A DNA stretch of 24,000 nucleotides from Pseudomonadota bacterium. GTDB lineage: Bacteria; Pseudomonadota; Gammaproteobacteria; Thiomicrospirales; Thiomicrospiraceae. The notes below the pieces were generated by a model. That model did not search any database and was not told the origin of the DNA. It was given only the letters and a program-made list of their open reading frames with translations. The DNA lies in assembly GCA_034722175.1 (NCBI GenBank), contig JAYENR010000121.1, positions 11,982 through 35,981 of the forward strand, written 5' to 3'. This document shows, piece by piece, positions 7,543 to 17,825 of this stretch (position 1 is its first letter; each line of letters begins with the position of its first letter). Both the position numbers and the translations under genes were made by a program.

Positions 7543-8199
7543 TTAATGCTTAATATCTCTCCAATACTCTCTCTTCAAGATATAAGTCATTAGTAACAAG
7601 ACTAATAAGAAAGCGATGACTTTCCAACCCAAATCCATTCTTTGGATTTTAGCAGGCTCACCTACATACTCTAAAAAGTTAGCAATATCACGAGAAACTT
7701 GTGCGTAATCCTCTTCTGAAGCATGGCGCTGAATCCCTTCTAAAACATTTGGCATAGAAGTACCTTCTAACGCATGGTTATTCCACTTACCATTGTCATC
7801 TTGGTAGTAGCTACGCATGAACGTATAGATGTAGTCTGTGCCTTTTAGGCGAGCCATTAATGAAAGATCAGGTGGTTCAGTTCCTAAGACTTCCATTGCA
7901 ACACCTGGCAACATACGAGTTTCAACATTATCCACGACCTTGTTCATACCATAGGCCATCTTACTCACGATCTCCTCATCACTCCAACCGGTGTCACGCG
8001 CAATACGGTTATAACGCATATACTTTAAAGAGTGACACGCCATACAGTAGTTTGAAAACAGAACGGCACCACGTTTTAGAGAGTCTTGATCACGTAAATT
8101 ATTTTGTGCGTCTTCAAGTTCGATACCTGGGCCACCTGCAGCTTGGGCTGAAAGAGGCAACACCAATAATAAACTGAACATCAATACTAGTTTTTTCAT
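7543..8199 (-). CDS. petC: Cytochrome c1 subunit of ubiquinol-cytochrome c reductase
   Basis: 218 aa. Signal peptide, single heme-binding CMACH motif, and C-terminal membrane anchor WKVIAFLLVLLLMTYIL. Its start codon overlaps the petB stop by 1 nt (TAATG). Its position after petA-petB supports the call. Confidence 0.85.
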   Translation of the reverse strand: MKKLVLMFSLLLVLPLSAQAAGGPGIELEDAQNNLRDQDSLKRGAVLFSNYCMACHSLKYMRYNRIARDTGWSDEEIVSKMAYGMNKVVDNVETRMLPGVAMEVLGTEPPDLSLMARLKGTDYIYTFMRSYYQDDNGKWNNHALEGTSMPNVLEGIQRHASEEDYAQVSRDIANFLEYVGEPAKIQRMDLGWKVIAFLLVLLLMTYILKREYWRDIKH

Positions 8200-9449
8200 T
8201 AATGAATCCTCTCTGGAACTGGCTTGGTCTTTTCATTTATCGAGGTAAATGGCAGAACAAGGAAGAAAGCAAAATACAATGCAGTAAAAATCTGTGCTAA
8301 TTTTGTTAACTCTGGTGTTGCAGGCTGAGTACCTAACCAACCTAAAACAACAAAACTGATTAAGAACATCGTCAATAACAGCTTGTATGACAGTCCACGA
8401 TAGCGGATTGATTTAACCTTACAACGGTCTAACCATGGCATTGCAAATAGAACCGCAATCGCTCCCCCCATTGCAACCACACCTAAGAATTTATCAGGTA
8501 CTGCACGTAAGATGGCATAGAACGGTGTGAAATACCACACTGGCGCAATATGATCTGGTGTTTTCAATGGGTTAGCTGGCTCAAAGTTAGGCGGTTCAAT
8601 AAAATACCCGCCCCCTTCCGGCCAATAGAAAACAATCAAGGCAAACGGAATCATAAAGAAGACCGCACCCATTGAATCTTTAACGGTGTAATAAGGGTGG
8701 AACGGAATTCCATCAACCGGTAAACCTTTCTCATTTTTATACTTTTTAATCTCAACACCGTCAGGGTTGTTTGAACCCACTTTATGTAGAGCAACAATGT
8801 GCATAAAGACCAAAATAATAAGCACTAACGGTAACGCAATGACATGCAAGGCAAAGAAACGGTTTAAGGTTGCATCAGAGATAACAAAATCCCCACGTAC
8901 CCATAAAGCTAGGTCAGGCCCAACAACAGGAATCGCACCAAATAACGAGATAATTACCTGAGCACCCCAGTATGACATTTGACCCCATGGTAGTAAGTAA
9001 CCCATGAATGCTTCGGCCATTAACACGACAAACAGTAACATACCGATTAACCAAACCAACTCACGAGGCTCTTTGTACGAACCATAGAGTAAGGCTCGGG
9101 TCATGTGTAGGTAAACAACAATAAAGAACGCTGAGGCACCGGTCGAGTGCATATAACGAATTAACCAACCCCACTCAACATCACGCATGATGTATTCAAC
9201 TGAGTTAAACGCTTCGGCGGCACTTGGTTTATAACTCATTGTTAACCAAAGACCGGTCACAATTTGGCTCACAAGAACAAGTAACGCTAAAGAGCCAAAG
9301 AAGTACCAAAAGTTAAAGTTTTTAGGTGCATAGTACTCGGCAACGTGTTCGTTCCAAGTACTAATAAGTGGGTAACGACGATCCAACCATCCTAATAAAG
9401 AGGCTGGCTGCTGTACTGGAGTTTGGTCTGATGACTGTTTATTATCCAT
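8199..9449 (-). CDS. petB: Cytochrome b subunit of the bc1 complex
   Basis: 416 aa polytopic protein. N-terminal LGWLDRRYPL, conserved WNFGS-like region (NFWYFFGSLA), and the RYMHSTGASAFF and PEWYF-like (APVWYFTPFYAILR) motifs. Overlaps petA by 1 nt (TAATG). Confidence 0.95.
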   Translation of the reverse strand: MDNKQSSDQTPVQQPASLLGWLDRRYPLISTWNEHVAEYYAPKNFNFWYFFGSLALLVLVSQIVTGLWLTMSYKPSAAEAFNSVEYIMRDVEWGWLIRYMHSTGASAFFIVVYLHMTRALLYGSYKEPRELVWLIGMLLFVVLMAEAFMGYLLPWGQMSYWGAQVIISLFGAIPVVGPDLALWVRGDFVISDATLNRFFALHVIALPLVLIILVFMHIVALHKVGSNNPDGVEIKKYKNEKGLPVDGIPFHPYYTVKDSMGAVFFMIPFALIVFYWPEGGGYFIEPPNFEPANPLKTPDHIAPVWYFTPFYAILRAVPDKFLGVVAMGGAIAVLFAMPWLDRCKVKSIRYRGLSYKLLLTMFLISFVVLGWLGTQPATPELTKLAQIFTALYFAFFLVLPFTSINEKTKPVPERIH

Positions 9450-10063
9450 TAAGCCACTCCTTCTTTTTGTGGGTCTTCACCAATTCGGACTATAGTTGCA
9501 GTCTTAAAGTAGTGAGGAGGAATTTCAAGGTTAGTCGGTGCTGGAACCGACTGGAATACACGACCCGCTAAATCAAAACGAGAACCGTGACATGGGCAGA
9601 AGAAACCACCTTGCCAATCCGCACCGACATCCGGTGAACCGATTGATGGACGGTATAAAGGCGCACAACCTAAGTGCGTACAGATTCCTACCACGACAAA
9701 GAATTCGTCATTCACGGCACGTGAAGGATTTTGACAGTAAGTAGGCTGCAGTGATTCTTGTGATGCTGGATCACGTAACTGAGCATCTTGGTTTGACAAG
9801 TTTGCCAGCATCTCTGGCGTACGACGTACGACCCATACAGGCTTACCACGCCAAGCAACGGTTGCCATCTGTCCTGGCTGCAAAGCTGAAACATCAACAT
9901 CAACTGGCGCGCCAGCGGCTTTCGCTTTTTCACTTGGCTGCCAAGAGCTCACAAATGGAACGGCTGCAAAAGTGGCTCCCACTGCACCTACAACCCCCGT
10001 TGCGCCAGTTAGGATTTTACGACGCTGTAAATCTACGCGTGTATTCTTATGTTTTGCCGACAT
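9449..10063 (-). CDS. petA: Rieske [2Fe-2S] subunit of ubiquinol-cytochrome c reductase
   Basis: 204 aa. Twin-arginine signal/anchor (QRRKILTGATG) and Rieske boxes CTHLGC and CPCHGS. Confidence 0.95.
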   Translation of the reverse strand: MSAKHKNTRVDLQRRKILTGATGVVGAVGATFAAVPFVSSWQPSEKAKAAGAPVDVDVSALQPGQMATVAWRGKPVWVVRRTPEMLANLSNQDAQLRDPASQESLQPTYCQNPSRAVNDEFFVVVGICTHLGCAPLYRPSIGSPDVGADWQGGFFCPCHGSRFDLAGRVFQSVPAPTNLEIPPHYFKTATIVRIGEDPQKEGVA

Positions 10064-10128
10064 ACTCTTTATTCCTATTGTTCACAAGCAAATTCCCTCT
10101 ATTCTACCTAAGCTTTAAAGAAACTTAA

Positions 10129-10144
10129 ATCAGTATCTACTGAT
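10129..10144. promoter_or_regulatory. Perfect 16-bp palindrome upstream of petA (candidate operator)
   Basis: ATCAGTA-TC-TACTGAT: 7-bp arms with a 2-nt spacer, too tight for a hairpin. It lies 66-81 nt upstream of the petA ATG. A TAGAAT -10 candidate sits at 10101-10106 on the minus strand. Confidence 0.3.
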
Positions 10145-10209
10145 ATAGCGCTAAATAAATTTTATCTATACCCACAAAACTTTTATTTAACAGCCTGCAA
10201 TCCTCAGAA

Positions 10210-10953
10210 TCAAACAGGATTATTCACATCTACAAAGTGACAGTCTAAGCCAAACCTTTTCGCTAAATGCTCTCCTAAGGCTTTAATACCTAGACGCTCT
10301 GTTGCATGATGCCCCGCTGCAAAGTAATGAATTCCACCTTCTTTTGCAAGATGCGTAGTCTGTTCTGAAACTTCACCACTAATATAAATATCTGCTTTCC
10401 AGGCTAATGCCTGATCAATATAACCTTGCGCGCCCCCACTGCACCACGCCACGGTTTGTACTTGAGGTGGCCCACCCGGCAAATGCAGAACTGGACGCTC
10501 TAATGAATCGGATACTAAGTTAACAAACTCTGAAATATCGACTGAATGAGCTAGCTTTCCTAAACGTACCAGGCCTGGTTGCGGGGTAATATCTTCCAGC
10601 TGCCATAATTTACCTAACATAGCGTTATTACCTAACTCGGCATGACCATCTAAAGGAAGATGATATCCCATCAAGTTAATATCGTTGAGCAACAATGATT
10701 TAATACGTTTCTGCTTAAACCCAACAATCTCTTGGGGCTCACTTTTCCAAAAATAACCATGATGCACAAGGATCGCATCTGCCTTTAACTTAATGGCTTC
10801 GTCAATCAAAGCTTGGCTTGCCGTCACCCCTGTTACAATCGTACGAATCTGCTCTTTGCCCTCTACCTGCAAGCCATTCGGGGCGTAGTCCTTATAATCA
10901 GCTACTTTCAAAAAATCGGCTAGATAAGCTGTTAAGTCATCACGTAATATCAT
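10210..10953 (-). CDS. Nif3-like dinuclear metal centre protein (YbgI / GTP cyclohydrolase 1 type 2 family)
   Basis: 247 aa. Family motifs ILVHHGYFW and AAGHHATERLG, with length typical of YbgI. Confidence 0.9.
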   Translation of the reverse strand: MILRDDLTAYLADFLKVADYKDYAPNGLQVEGKEQIRTIVTGVTASQALIDEAIKLKADAILVHHGYFWKSEPQEIVGFKQKRIKSLLLNDINLMGYHLPLDGHAELGNNAMLGKLWQLEDITPQPGLVRLGKLAHSVDISEFVNLVSDSLERPVLHLPGGPPQVQTVAWCSGGAQGYIDQALAWKADIYISGEVSEQTTHLAKEGGIHYFAAGHHATERLGIKALGEHLAKRFGLDCHFVDVNNPV

Positions 10954-11001
10954 ACTCTCTCTTCAAAACTCGTAAAATTCATAATCGTTAAATTTTAAAG
11001 T

Positions 11002-11030
11002 AAAAAAAACCACCAGAAGAGGTGGTTTTA
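11002..11030 (-). terminator. Intrinsic terminator after hisD
   Basis: Stem AACCACC (11008-11014), loop AGAAGA, stem GGTGGTT (11021-11027). On the minus strand it is followed by a T-run (complement of A8 at 11002-11009). It lies about 17 nt after the hisD stop. Confidence 0.8.
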
Positions 11031-11046
11031 TTAAACAAGCTTTTAA

Positions 11047-12348
11047 CTAATCTTTTACACGATAACATGCAGACATCGCATGAGCCTGCAAACCTTCACC
11101 GTCTGCAAGAACACCCGCTACCTTACCTAAAGTATTAGCCCCATCAGCAGAACACATAATTAAACTTGAACGTTTCTGGAAGTCATACACCCCTAAAGGT
11201 GATGAGAAACGTGCAGTACGTGAAGTTGGTAATACATGGTTAGGACCTGCACAATAGTCACCCAACGCCTCAGCGGTAAAACGACCCATAAAGATCGCAC
11301 CAGCATGACGAATTTTTGGTAACAATGATTGAGGGTCTTCAACAGACAACTCTAAATGCTCTGGAGCAATGACATTAATCATCTCAAGCGCCTGAGTTTC
11401 GTCTTCAACTACAATAATCGCACCACGATCATCTAATGCTTTACGAATAATGGCTTCACGAGGCATGGTAGGCAACAAGCGATTCATACTTTCATAGACC
11501 TTTTCTGCAAACTCAGCATCCGGCGTCACCAAAATAGACTGTGCATCTTCATCATGTTCGGCTTGTGAGAACAGATCAACCGCAATCCAGTCTGGATCTG
11601 TTTTACCATCACAGTAAACAAGAATTTCAGAAGGACCTGCAATCATATCAATTCCAACCGTACCAAATACCATACGTTTCGCGGTTGCAACAAAGATATT
11701 TCCTGGGCCAACAATCTTATCCACCACAGGAACGGTCTCTGTTCCATAAGCTAAAGCGGCTACCGCTTGCGCACCGCCTAAGGTAAAGACCGCATCAACC
11801 TCACAAATAGCAGCGGCTGCCAAGACCATGTCATTCACTTCACCATCTGGAGTTGGAACAACCATAATTAACTTTTCAACGCCCGCCACTTTTGCAGGAA
11901 TAGCGTTCATAATAACTGACGAAGGATAAGCAGCCTTTCCACCTGGAACATACAAACCAACACTGTCCAAAGGCGTAACTTGCTGACCCAACATTGTGCC
12001 GTCAGCTTCTGTATAGCTCCATGACTCTTGAATTTGATTTTTGTGGTAAGAACGAACACGCTCTGCTGACAACTCTAGAGCAGAACGCTGATCTGCAGGA
12101 ATACGCTGTAAAGCGGCCTGCAATTCTGCCTGAGGAATTTGAAGCTCCGCACCCGTTTTCAATGCTAAACGGTCGAAACGCTCAGTGTACTCCAAAAGTG
12201 CCGCATCACCTTCGGTACGAACTTTATTTACCACCTCTTTAACGATGTCATTGACCGATTCATTAGAAACGGTTTCCCATGCTAAAAGGGTATCTAATTC
12301 TTTTCTAAAGCCTGCTTCATTTGCAGATAAACGACGAATATTAAGCAT
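11047..12348 (-). CDS. hisD: Histidinol dehydrogenase
   Basis: 433 aa. Motifs [12 protein letters not shown] and SQAEHD, plus the HisD C-terminal region. The start overlaps the hisG 3' end by 8 nt. Confidence 0.95.
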   Translation of the reverse strand: MLNIRRLSANEAGFRKELDTLLAWETVSNESVNDIVKEVVNKVRTEGDAALLEYTERFDRLALKTGAELQIPQAELQAALQRIPADQRSALELSAERVRSYHKNQIQESWSYTEADGTMLGQQVTPLDSVGLYVPGGKAAYPSSVIMNAIPAKVAGVEKLIMVVPTPDGEVNDMVLAAAAICEVDAVFTLGGAQAVAALAYGTETVPVVDKIVGPGNIFVATAKRMVFGTVGIDMIAGPSEILVYCDGKTDPDWIAVDLFSQAEHDEDAQSILVTPDAEFAEKVYESMNRLLPTMPREAIIRKALDDRGAIIVVEDETQALEMINVIAPEHLELSVEDPQSLLPKIRHAGAIFMGRFTAEALGDYCAGPNHVLPTSRTARFSSPLGVYDFQKRSSLIMCSADGANTLGKVAGVLADGEGLQAHAMSACYRVKD

Positions 12349-12982
12349 TTTGACTCTCTATCACTTTTTGGAATTGTGTCACAATTTCATTAATTTGATC
12401 AAACTTGGTTTTATATGCGTGCTGATTCACGATCATTCGTGAACTGATGTCAGCAATGTGCTCCATCGGTACCAAACCGTTCGCTTTTAGTGTGTTTCCT
12501 GTATCAACCAGATCCACAATACGGTCAGCCAAATCGATTAACGGTGCGATTTCCATTGAACCGTACAACTTGATTAAATCAACCTGTTCACCTTTTTCTG
12601 CATAGTAAGCCTGTGCAGACTTTAAGTATTTAGTGGCAATCTTTAAACGGTGTCCATGAGGTTTTTCAACTTCTGGTCCTGCAACCATTAACTTACATTT
12701 TGCAATTTCTAAGTCTAATAGTTCATATAGATTATCAGCAGGCGCTTCCATCAATACGTCTTTACCAGCCACACCAATATCTGCCGCACCGTGTGCCACA
12801 TAAGTCGGTGCATCCGTTGCGCGAACAATCAATAGACGAACATTTTCGTGATTAGTAGGAATAATAAGTTTACGACATTTACTAGGATCTTCTAACGGCA
12901 CAATACCGGCAGCTTCTAATAATGGAACCGTATCTTTATAAATGCGACCCTTCGATAGGGCAATTGTTAATGGCTGTTTCAT
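12341..12982 (-). CDS. hisG: ATP phosphoribosyltransferase, short (HisZ-dependent) form
   Basis: 213 aa. IALSKGRI N-terminus and the [24 protein letters not shown] motif. It lacks the roughly 80-aa C-terminal regulatory domain of long-form HisG. Confidence 0.9.
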   Translation of the reverse strand: MKQPLTIALSKGRIYKDTVPLLEAAGIVPLEDPSKCRKLIIPTNHENVRLLIVRATDAPTYVAHGAADIGVAGKDVLMEAPADNLYELLDLEIAKCKLMVAGPEVEKPHGHRLKIATKYLKSAQAYYAEKGEQVDLIKLYGSMEIAPLIDLADRIVDLVDTGNTLKANGLVPMEHIADISSRMIVNQHAYKTKFDQINEIVTQFQKVIESQNA

Positions 12983-13035
12983 TTTGGAATCAATCTTAAA
13001 GTTTAAATTTGGTAACAGTATAATTGTGGCGTGTT

Positions 13036-14304
<1,269 letters not shown>

Positions 14305-14324
14305 TTAATCCAATCTTATGACTA

Positions 14325-14543
14325 TTAAGCGTTTTTTGTCTTAATAGACAAAGCATGCAGTTCACCGTTTTCAAATTGAATTTTGAAAATATCGTTAACC
14401 ATACGGTGTTTTTGCAGAGGTGACTTACCTTCAAATGCCGCACTTGTTACAGTGACAGCAAAGTTGCAATCTGCTCCTGACATCTCAACCTGACTATCAG
14501 GAATCGCGGCTTGAATCATCTCTTTAATCTTTTCAGGGGACAT
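14325..14543 (-). CDS. ibaG: BolA-family protein IbaG (YrbA)
   Basis: 72 aa. BolA-like core (FAVTVTSAAFEGKSPLQKHRMVN ... LHALSIKT). It occupies the conserved position directly upstream of murA and downstream of the mla genes, as in E. coli. Confidence 0.8.
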   Translation of the reverse strand: MSPEKIKEMIQAAIPDSQVEMSGADCNFAVTVTSAAFEGKSPLQKHRMVNDIFKIQFENGELHALSIKTKNA

Positions 14544-14566
14544 GCGTTTACTTTTCCAATAAAATT

Positions 14567-15337
14567 TTATTTGCGTATTTTAACGCCTTTATTCAATAAA
14601 ATCACATTTATCGCAGTGATAACAAACAAGAATCCAACCGTTATCAGCAAGCTCATATAAACCGATACGTCAGATTGCTGAAAGAATCCAAACCGAAAGC
14701 CATCTACCATATAGAAAAAAGGATTAAAGTGAGAGACCGTTTGCCACATCTCTGGCAGAGCATGAATGGAATAAAAAACACCACTCAAAAACGTCAAAGG
14801 CATAATAACAAAGTTCTGAAACGCAGCTAGATGATCATACTTATCAGACAGAATCCCCGCTAGCATCCCTAAGCCCCCCATCATTGCCGCACTCAATACC
14901 GCAAATAACAGAATCCACATAGGCGACTGCATGGTTAAATCAAACCCAACCATACCAATCACTAAAATACTGACACCCACAGCCAAACCACGCACCACCG
15001 AAGCCGCAATAAACGCTAGATACAACTCCAATGGCGAAATCGGACTCAACAACACAAAGGTTAGATTGCCATGCATCTTTGACTGAATCAAACTGGATGA
15101 GGTATTAGCAAAGGCATTTTGTAGAATCGCCATCATCACTAGGCCTGGTATTAAAAACTGACTGTAATCGACACCTGTAAATACATCAATTTGAGTATTG
15201 ATCACGTGACCAAACACCAATAGATAGAGTAACGTCGAGACCACGGGGGCAAAAACCGTCTGCACCACCACCGAATAAAAACGTTTTACCTCTTTAATAA
15301 ACAGAGCCCAGCAACCAGCAAAGTTAAATCCAGTCAT
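14567..15337 (-). CDS. yadH: ABC-2 type transporter permease (YadH-like)
   Basis: 256 aa with 6 predicted TM segments. Strong by-eye colinearity with E. coli YadH (same length; VQT..PV, FL/IPGL.MM, LTFL.GVFYS, FNP..YM.DGFR.GF). The start overlaps the ATPase stop (ATGA). Confidence 0.8.
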   Translation of the reverse strand: MTGFNFAGCWALFIKEVKRFYSVVVQTVFAPVVSTLLYLLVFGHVINTQIDVFTGVDYSQFLIPGLVMMAILQNAFANTSSSLIQSKMHGNLTFVLLSPISPLELYLAFIAASVVRGLAVGVSILVIGMVGFDLTMQSPMWILLFAVLSAAMMGGLGMLAGILSDKYDHLAAFQNFVIMPLTFLSGVFYSIHALPEMWQTVSHFNPFFYMVDGFRFGFFQQSDVSVYMSLLITVGFLFVITAINVILLNKGVKIRK

Positions 15338-16248
15338 GATTGCGTCCCCGTTAAGTCCATAAAGACCTCTTCTAAGGTGGCATCACGGCTACTGACATCT
15401 TTAACATGCAAACCACTTTGATGAATCATGCCCAACATATCAGACATACTGAGCTGATTTTCAATTTTAAACAGGTGGCCTGATGAGTCTGATTCAACCA
15501 AGCGTGTACTTAAAGCGTCACTTAACTGAGCACTCTTCTCTTCAAACGCTACTCGAATATAACGGAATGGGTGAGTTGCCAACAGATCTGCTGTGCGATC
15601 TAAAGCCTTCACCTCACCCTCTTGTAAAATAGCGACTTTCTCACACAAAGCTTCCGCCTCTTCCAAATAATGAGTCGTTAAAATAATCGTATGCCCCTTC
15701 TGATGCAGCTCTTTAGTGAACTCCCACAAAGTATGACGCAGATCCACATCCACACCTGCGGTTGGCTCATCTAACACTAACACCTGAGGTTTATGCACAA
15801 GCGCCATGGCAATCAATACTCTGCGCTTCATCCCACCAGAAAGTTGATTGGTAATCGCATTCGCTTTATCCGTTAAAGCCAGACGCTCTAACAATTCATC
15901 AATCCACTTTTTCTGATCGTGACCTCGAATGCCGTAATAACCAGATTGGAGTTCTAATAACTCACGTATAGAAAAGAAGGGATCTGAAATTAACTCTTGT
16001 GGCACCAATCCTAATCGACGACGTGTTTCACGGTAAGATTTAATGACATCAAACCCTTGCACTTGGATTGAACCAGAGCTCGGCGTGACCAAACCAGACA
16101 TGGCATTAATCAAAGTTGATTTACCGGCCCCATTTGGCCCAAGCAATCCAAAAAATGCTCCCTCCTCCACGTCAAAGGAGACTCCTTTCAAGGCTGAAAA
16201 ACCATCGTAATTCTTAACCACTTGGTTAAACTGCACCGCTGCTGTCAT
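15334..16248 (-). CDS. yadG: ABC transporter ATP-binding protein (YadG-like)
   Basis: Start placed at the ATG at 16246-16248 (MTAAVQFNQV...), with AAGGA 7 nt upstream. The ORF-track start at 16299 is a TTG with no SD. Walker A GPNGAGKST, signature LSGGMKRR, and Walker B LVLDEPTAGVD. LGLVPQE, GYYG and TIILTTHYLEEAE match E. coli YadG. Confidence 0.85.
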   Translation of the reverse strand: MTAAVQFNQVVKNYDGFSALKGVSFDVEEGAFFGLLGPNGAGKSTLINAMSGLVTPSSGSIQVQGFDVIKSYRETRRRLGLVPQELISDPFFSIRELLELQSGYYGIRGHDQKKWIDELLERLALTDKANAITNQLSGGMKRRVLIAMALVHKPQVLVLDEPTAGVDVDLRHTLWEFTKELHQKGHTIILTTHYLEEAEALCEKVAILQEGEVKALDRTADLLATHPFRYIRVAFEEKSAQLSDALSTRLVESDSSGHLFKIENQLSMSDMLGMIHQSGLHVKDVSSRDATLEEVFMDLTGTQS

Positions 16249-16329
16249 AGCAATCCTTTTCAATAGAAAAGCTCGATCCTTTTCTATAGACAACTCCAAG
16301 CTACTGGAGTAAAAATAATTAAAAATGAA

Positions 16330-16360
16330 AAACCTTCAACCGCAAACCAGGAGAAGGTTT
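16330..16360 (-). terminator. Possible terminator/attenuator after mlaB
   Basis: Stem AAACCTTC (16330-16337) pairs with GAAGGTTT (16353-16360) across a 15-nt loop. On the minus strand it is followed by TTCATTTTTAATTATTTTT. The large loop makes it a weak call. Confidence 0.3.
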
Positions 16361-16391
16361 AAAAGATACGATTAAACAGATGGCACAGAAC

Positions 16392-16679
16392 TTACGCCTG
16401 CAACATACTTTCCAAATCGTAAAGATGAATAAGGGTTACCAACTCTGCAGGTAAATTGCGAATTTGAATATCAATATCAGCCGCATCTTGCCATTTTAAT
16501 AACACGGCAAGTGCGACACTGTCCGCTTGAGTCACTGCAGAAAAATCGACCACTTTAATCGACTTCTGTGCCTTATCAACCAACTTCAAGATGGCAGGTA
16601 CTGTTTCAACATTCACTACCTCAGGCAGTTTTAGCACGTCGTTTTCCAGCCATTCAATACTTGTATTATAGTTTTTCAC
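16392..16679 (-). CDS. mlaB: STAS-domain protein MlaB
   Basis: 95 aa with a GTG start and the length and position of MlaB after mlaC. STAS-like pattern (VDFSAVTQADSVALAVLL). Confidence 0.7.
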   Translation of the reverse strand: MKNYNTSIEWLENDVLKLPEVVNVETVPAILKLVDKAQKSIKVVDFSAVTQADSVALAVLLKWQDAADIDIQIRNLPAELVTLIHLYDLESMLQA

Positions 16680-16700
16680 TGATAAGGTTCTCTTACAATC

Positions 16701-17336
16701 TTAGCTGTTAAATGCGGTGTTCTTTTCTTGCATAGAACTGATCACTGCATCCACGCCCTTTGTTGAAAACTCAGAGCCGTAAGTTTTACGATAATTTAGT
16801 AACATACTAACGCCTTCTACCGCTACATCGTAAACCATCCACAAACCTGTCTTTTTATTCAAGTAAGCACGATAAACTACATCCGTTTTATTGCCATCTG
16901 CCTGTGTCACCTCTGAAGCAACTGTGACACGACCTGGCTTCTCTTCAATTTTAGGTTTAACTGTGACACTGGTAATTTCAAGCCTCAATAAACTTTGAGA
17001 GTAAGAACGCATTAAGGTTGTGGTAAAGGCATCAGCAAATGCGGATTGTTGCTCAGCACTAGTGGTTTTCCAATATCGACCCATGATATAACGCGCCATT
17101 TTAGGGGTATCAACATAGGGCAATACATAAGCCTGAGCAAATGATTTAATCTTTTGTGGGTTGCCTTCTAAGTCAGCACGTTGCTCATTCAACTCCTTAA
17201 TTAAAGTTTCCGATAGAACTGAAATCATTTTTTCAGGATCGTCTTGAGGAACGGCATGTGCTTGAGCATTTGCATTTAGCATGAAACCAAATACTAAAAC
17301 CAACATTATAATAAAACTTAATTTAACACTGTGCAT
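16701..17336 (-). CDS. mlaC: Periplasmic phospholipid-binding protein MlaC (Ttg2D family)
   Basis: 211 aa with a signal peptide and MlaC/Tgt2 pattern (YVLPYVD...MARYIMGRYW...F...L..SY). Operon context supports the call. Confidence 0.85.
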   Translation of the reverse strand: MHSVKLSFIIMLVLVFGFMLNANAQAHAVPQDDPEKMISVLSETLIKELNEQRADLEGNPQKIKSFAQAYVLPYVDTPKMARYIMGRYWKTTSAEQQSAFADAFTTTLMRSYSQSLLRLEITSVTVKPKIEEKPGRVTVASEVTQADGNKTDVVYRAYLNKKTGLWMVYDVAVEGVSMLLNYRKTYGSEFSTKGVDAVISSMQEKNTAFNS

Positions 17337-17338
17337 GA

Positions 17339-17803
17339 TTATTCACCCTCACTGAATTTAACAAGGAACTGACCAATCAACTCTTCCAATACTAGAGCCG
17401 ACTGAGTCAAATCCAATTGATCGCCGTTTGCTAGCATCTCTTCATCCGCTCCCACTTCCAGACCAATATACTGGTCACCTAATAAGCCTGATGTCAAAAT
17501 AGAGCCCGATGTATCAATTGGAAGCTCATTAAACTCTGAAAAAACATTCATGGTCACACGAGCTTGGTAGGTCTGTTGATCAACCTCTATAGCTGTCACA
17601 CGCCCAATAACAACACCACTTATTTTAACCGGGGCACGCACTTTAAGGCCGCCAATATTATCAAATAAAGCCGTCACTTCATAACTGCTTTTATCTTTCC
17701 AGCTATTGAAATTACTGACCTGCAGTGCTATGACTGCCAGTGAAACTAACGTCATTAAAACAAACGCTCCCACCCAAATTTCGACCTTTAATTGACGCTT
17801 CAT
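17339..17803 (-). CDS. mlaD: MCE-domain outer-membrane lipid asymmetry protein MlaD
   Basis: 154 aa. N-terminal TM anchor and an MCE core (FDNIGGLKVRAPVKISGVVIGRVTAIEVD). Confidence 0.85.
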   Translation of the reverse strand: MKRQLKVEIWVGAFVLMTLVSLAVIALQVSNFNSWKDKSSYEVTALFDNIGGLKVRAPVKISGVVIGRVTAIEVDQQTYQARVTMNVFSEFNELPIDTSGSILTSGLLGDQYIGLEVGADEEMLANGDQLDLTQSALVLEELIGQFLVKFSEGE

Positions 17804-17825
17804 TTGAATCCCTTTGTATCTCTGT

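Noticed and set aside
9751-10128. A 125-aa plus-strand ORF running antisense through the petA 5' half and into the petA upstream spacer.
   Set aside because: Most of it is antisense to the well-supported Rieske gene. The sequence is Leu/Pro/Gln-rich and featureless, and there is no SD. It is probably a chance open frame. The spacer part is better explained as the petA promoter and operator region.
10568-10579. A perfect 12-bp palindrome, ACCAGGCCTGGT, inside the Nif3-like CDS. Similar AGGCCT-containing words occur in CDSs at about 445, 1265, 15141 and 23250.
   Set aside because: They lie in coding sequence (here encoding QPGLV) and share only the CCAGGCCTGG centre with the dispersed motif. 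They could be chance or codon-driven, so they are not counted as motif copies. AGGCCT does look mildly enriched overall, at about 10 sites.
12983-13035. A search for a his leader peptide or attenuator upstream of hisG.
   Set aside because: The spacer is only 53 nt, with no run of His codons and no terminator or antiterminator structures.
16249-16299. A 17-codon N-terminal extension of yadG from a TTG at 16299.
   Set aside because: It is a TTG start without an SD, and it runs through a 9-bp hairpin. The ATG at 16248 has AAGGA 7 nt upstream and matches the YadG N-terminus.
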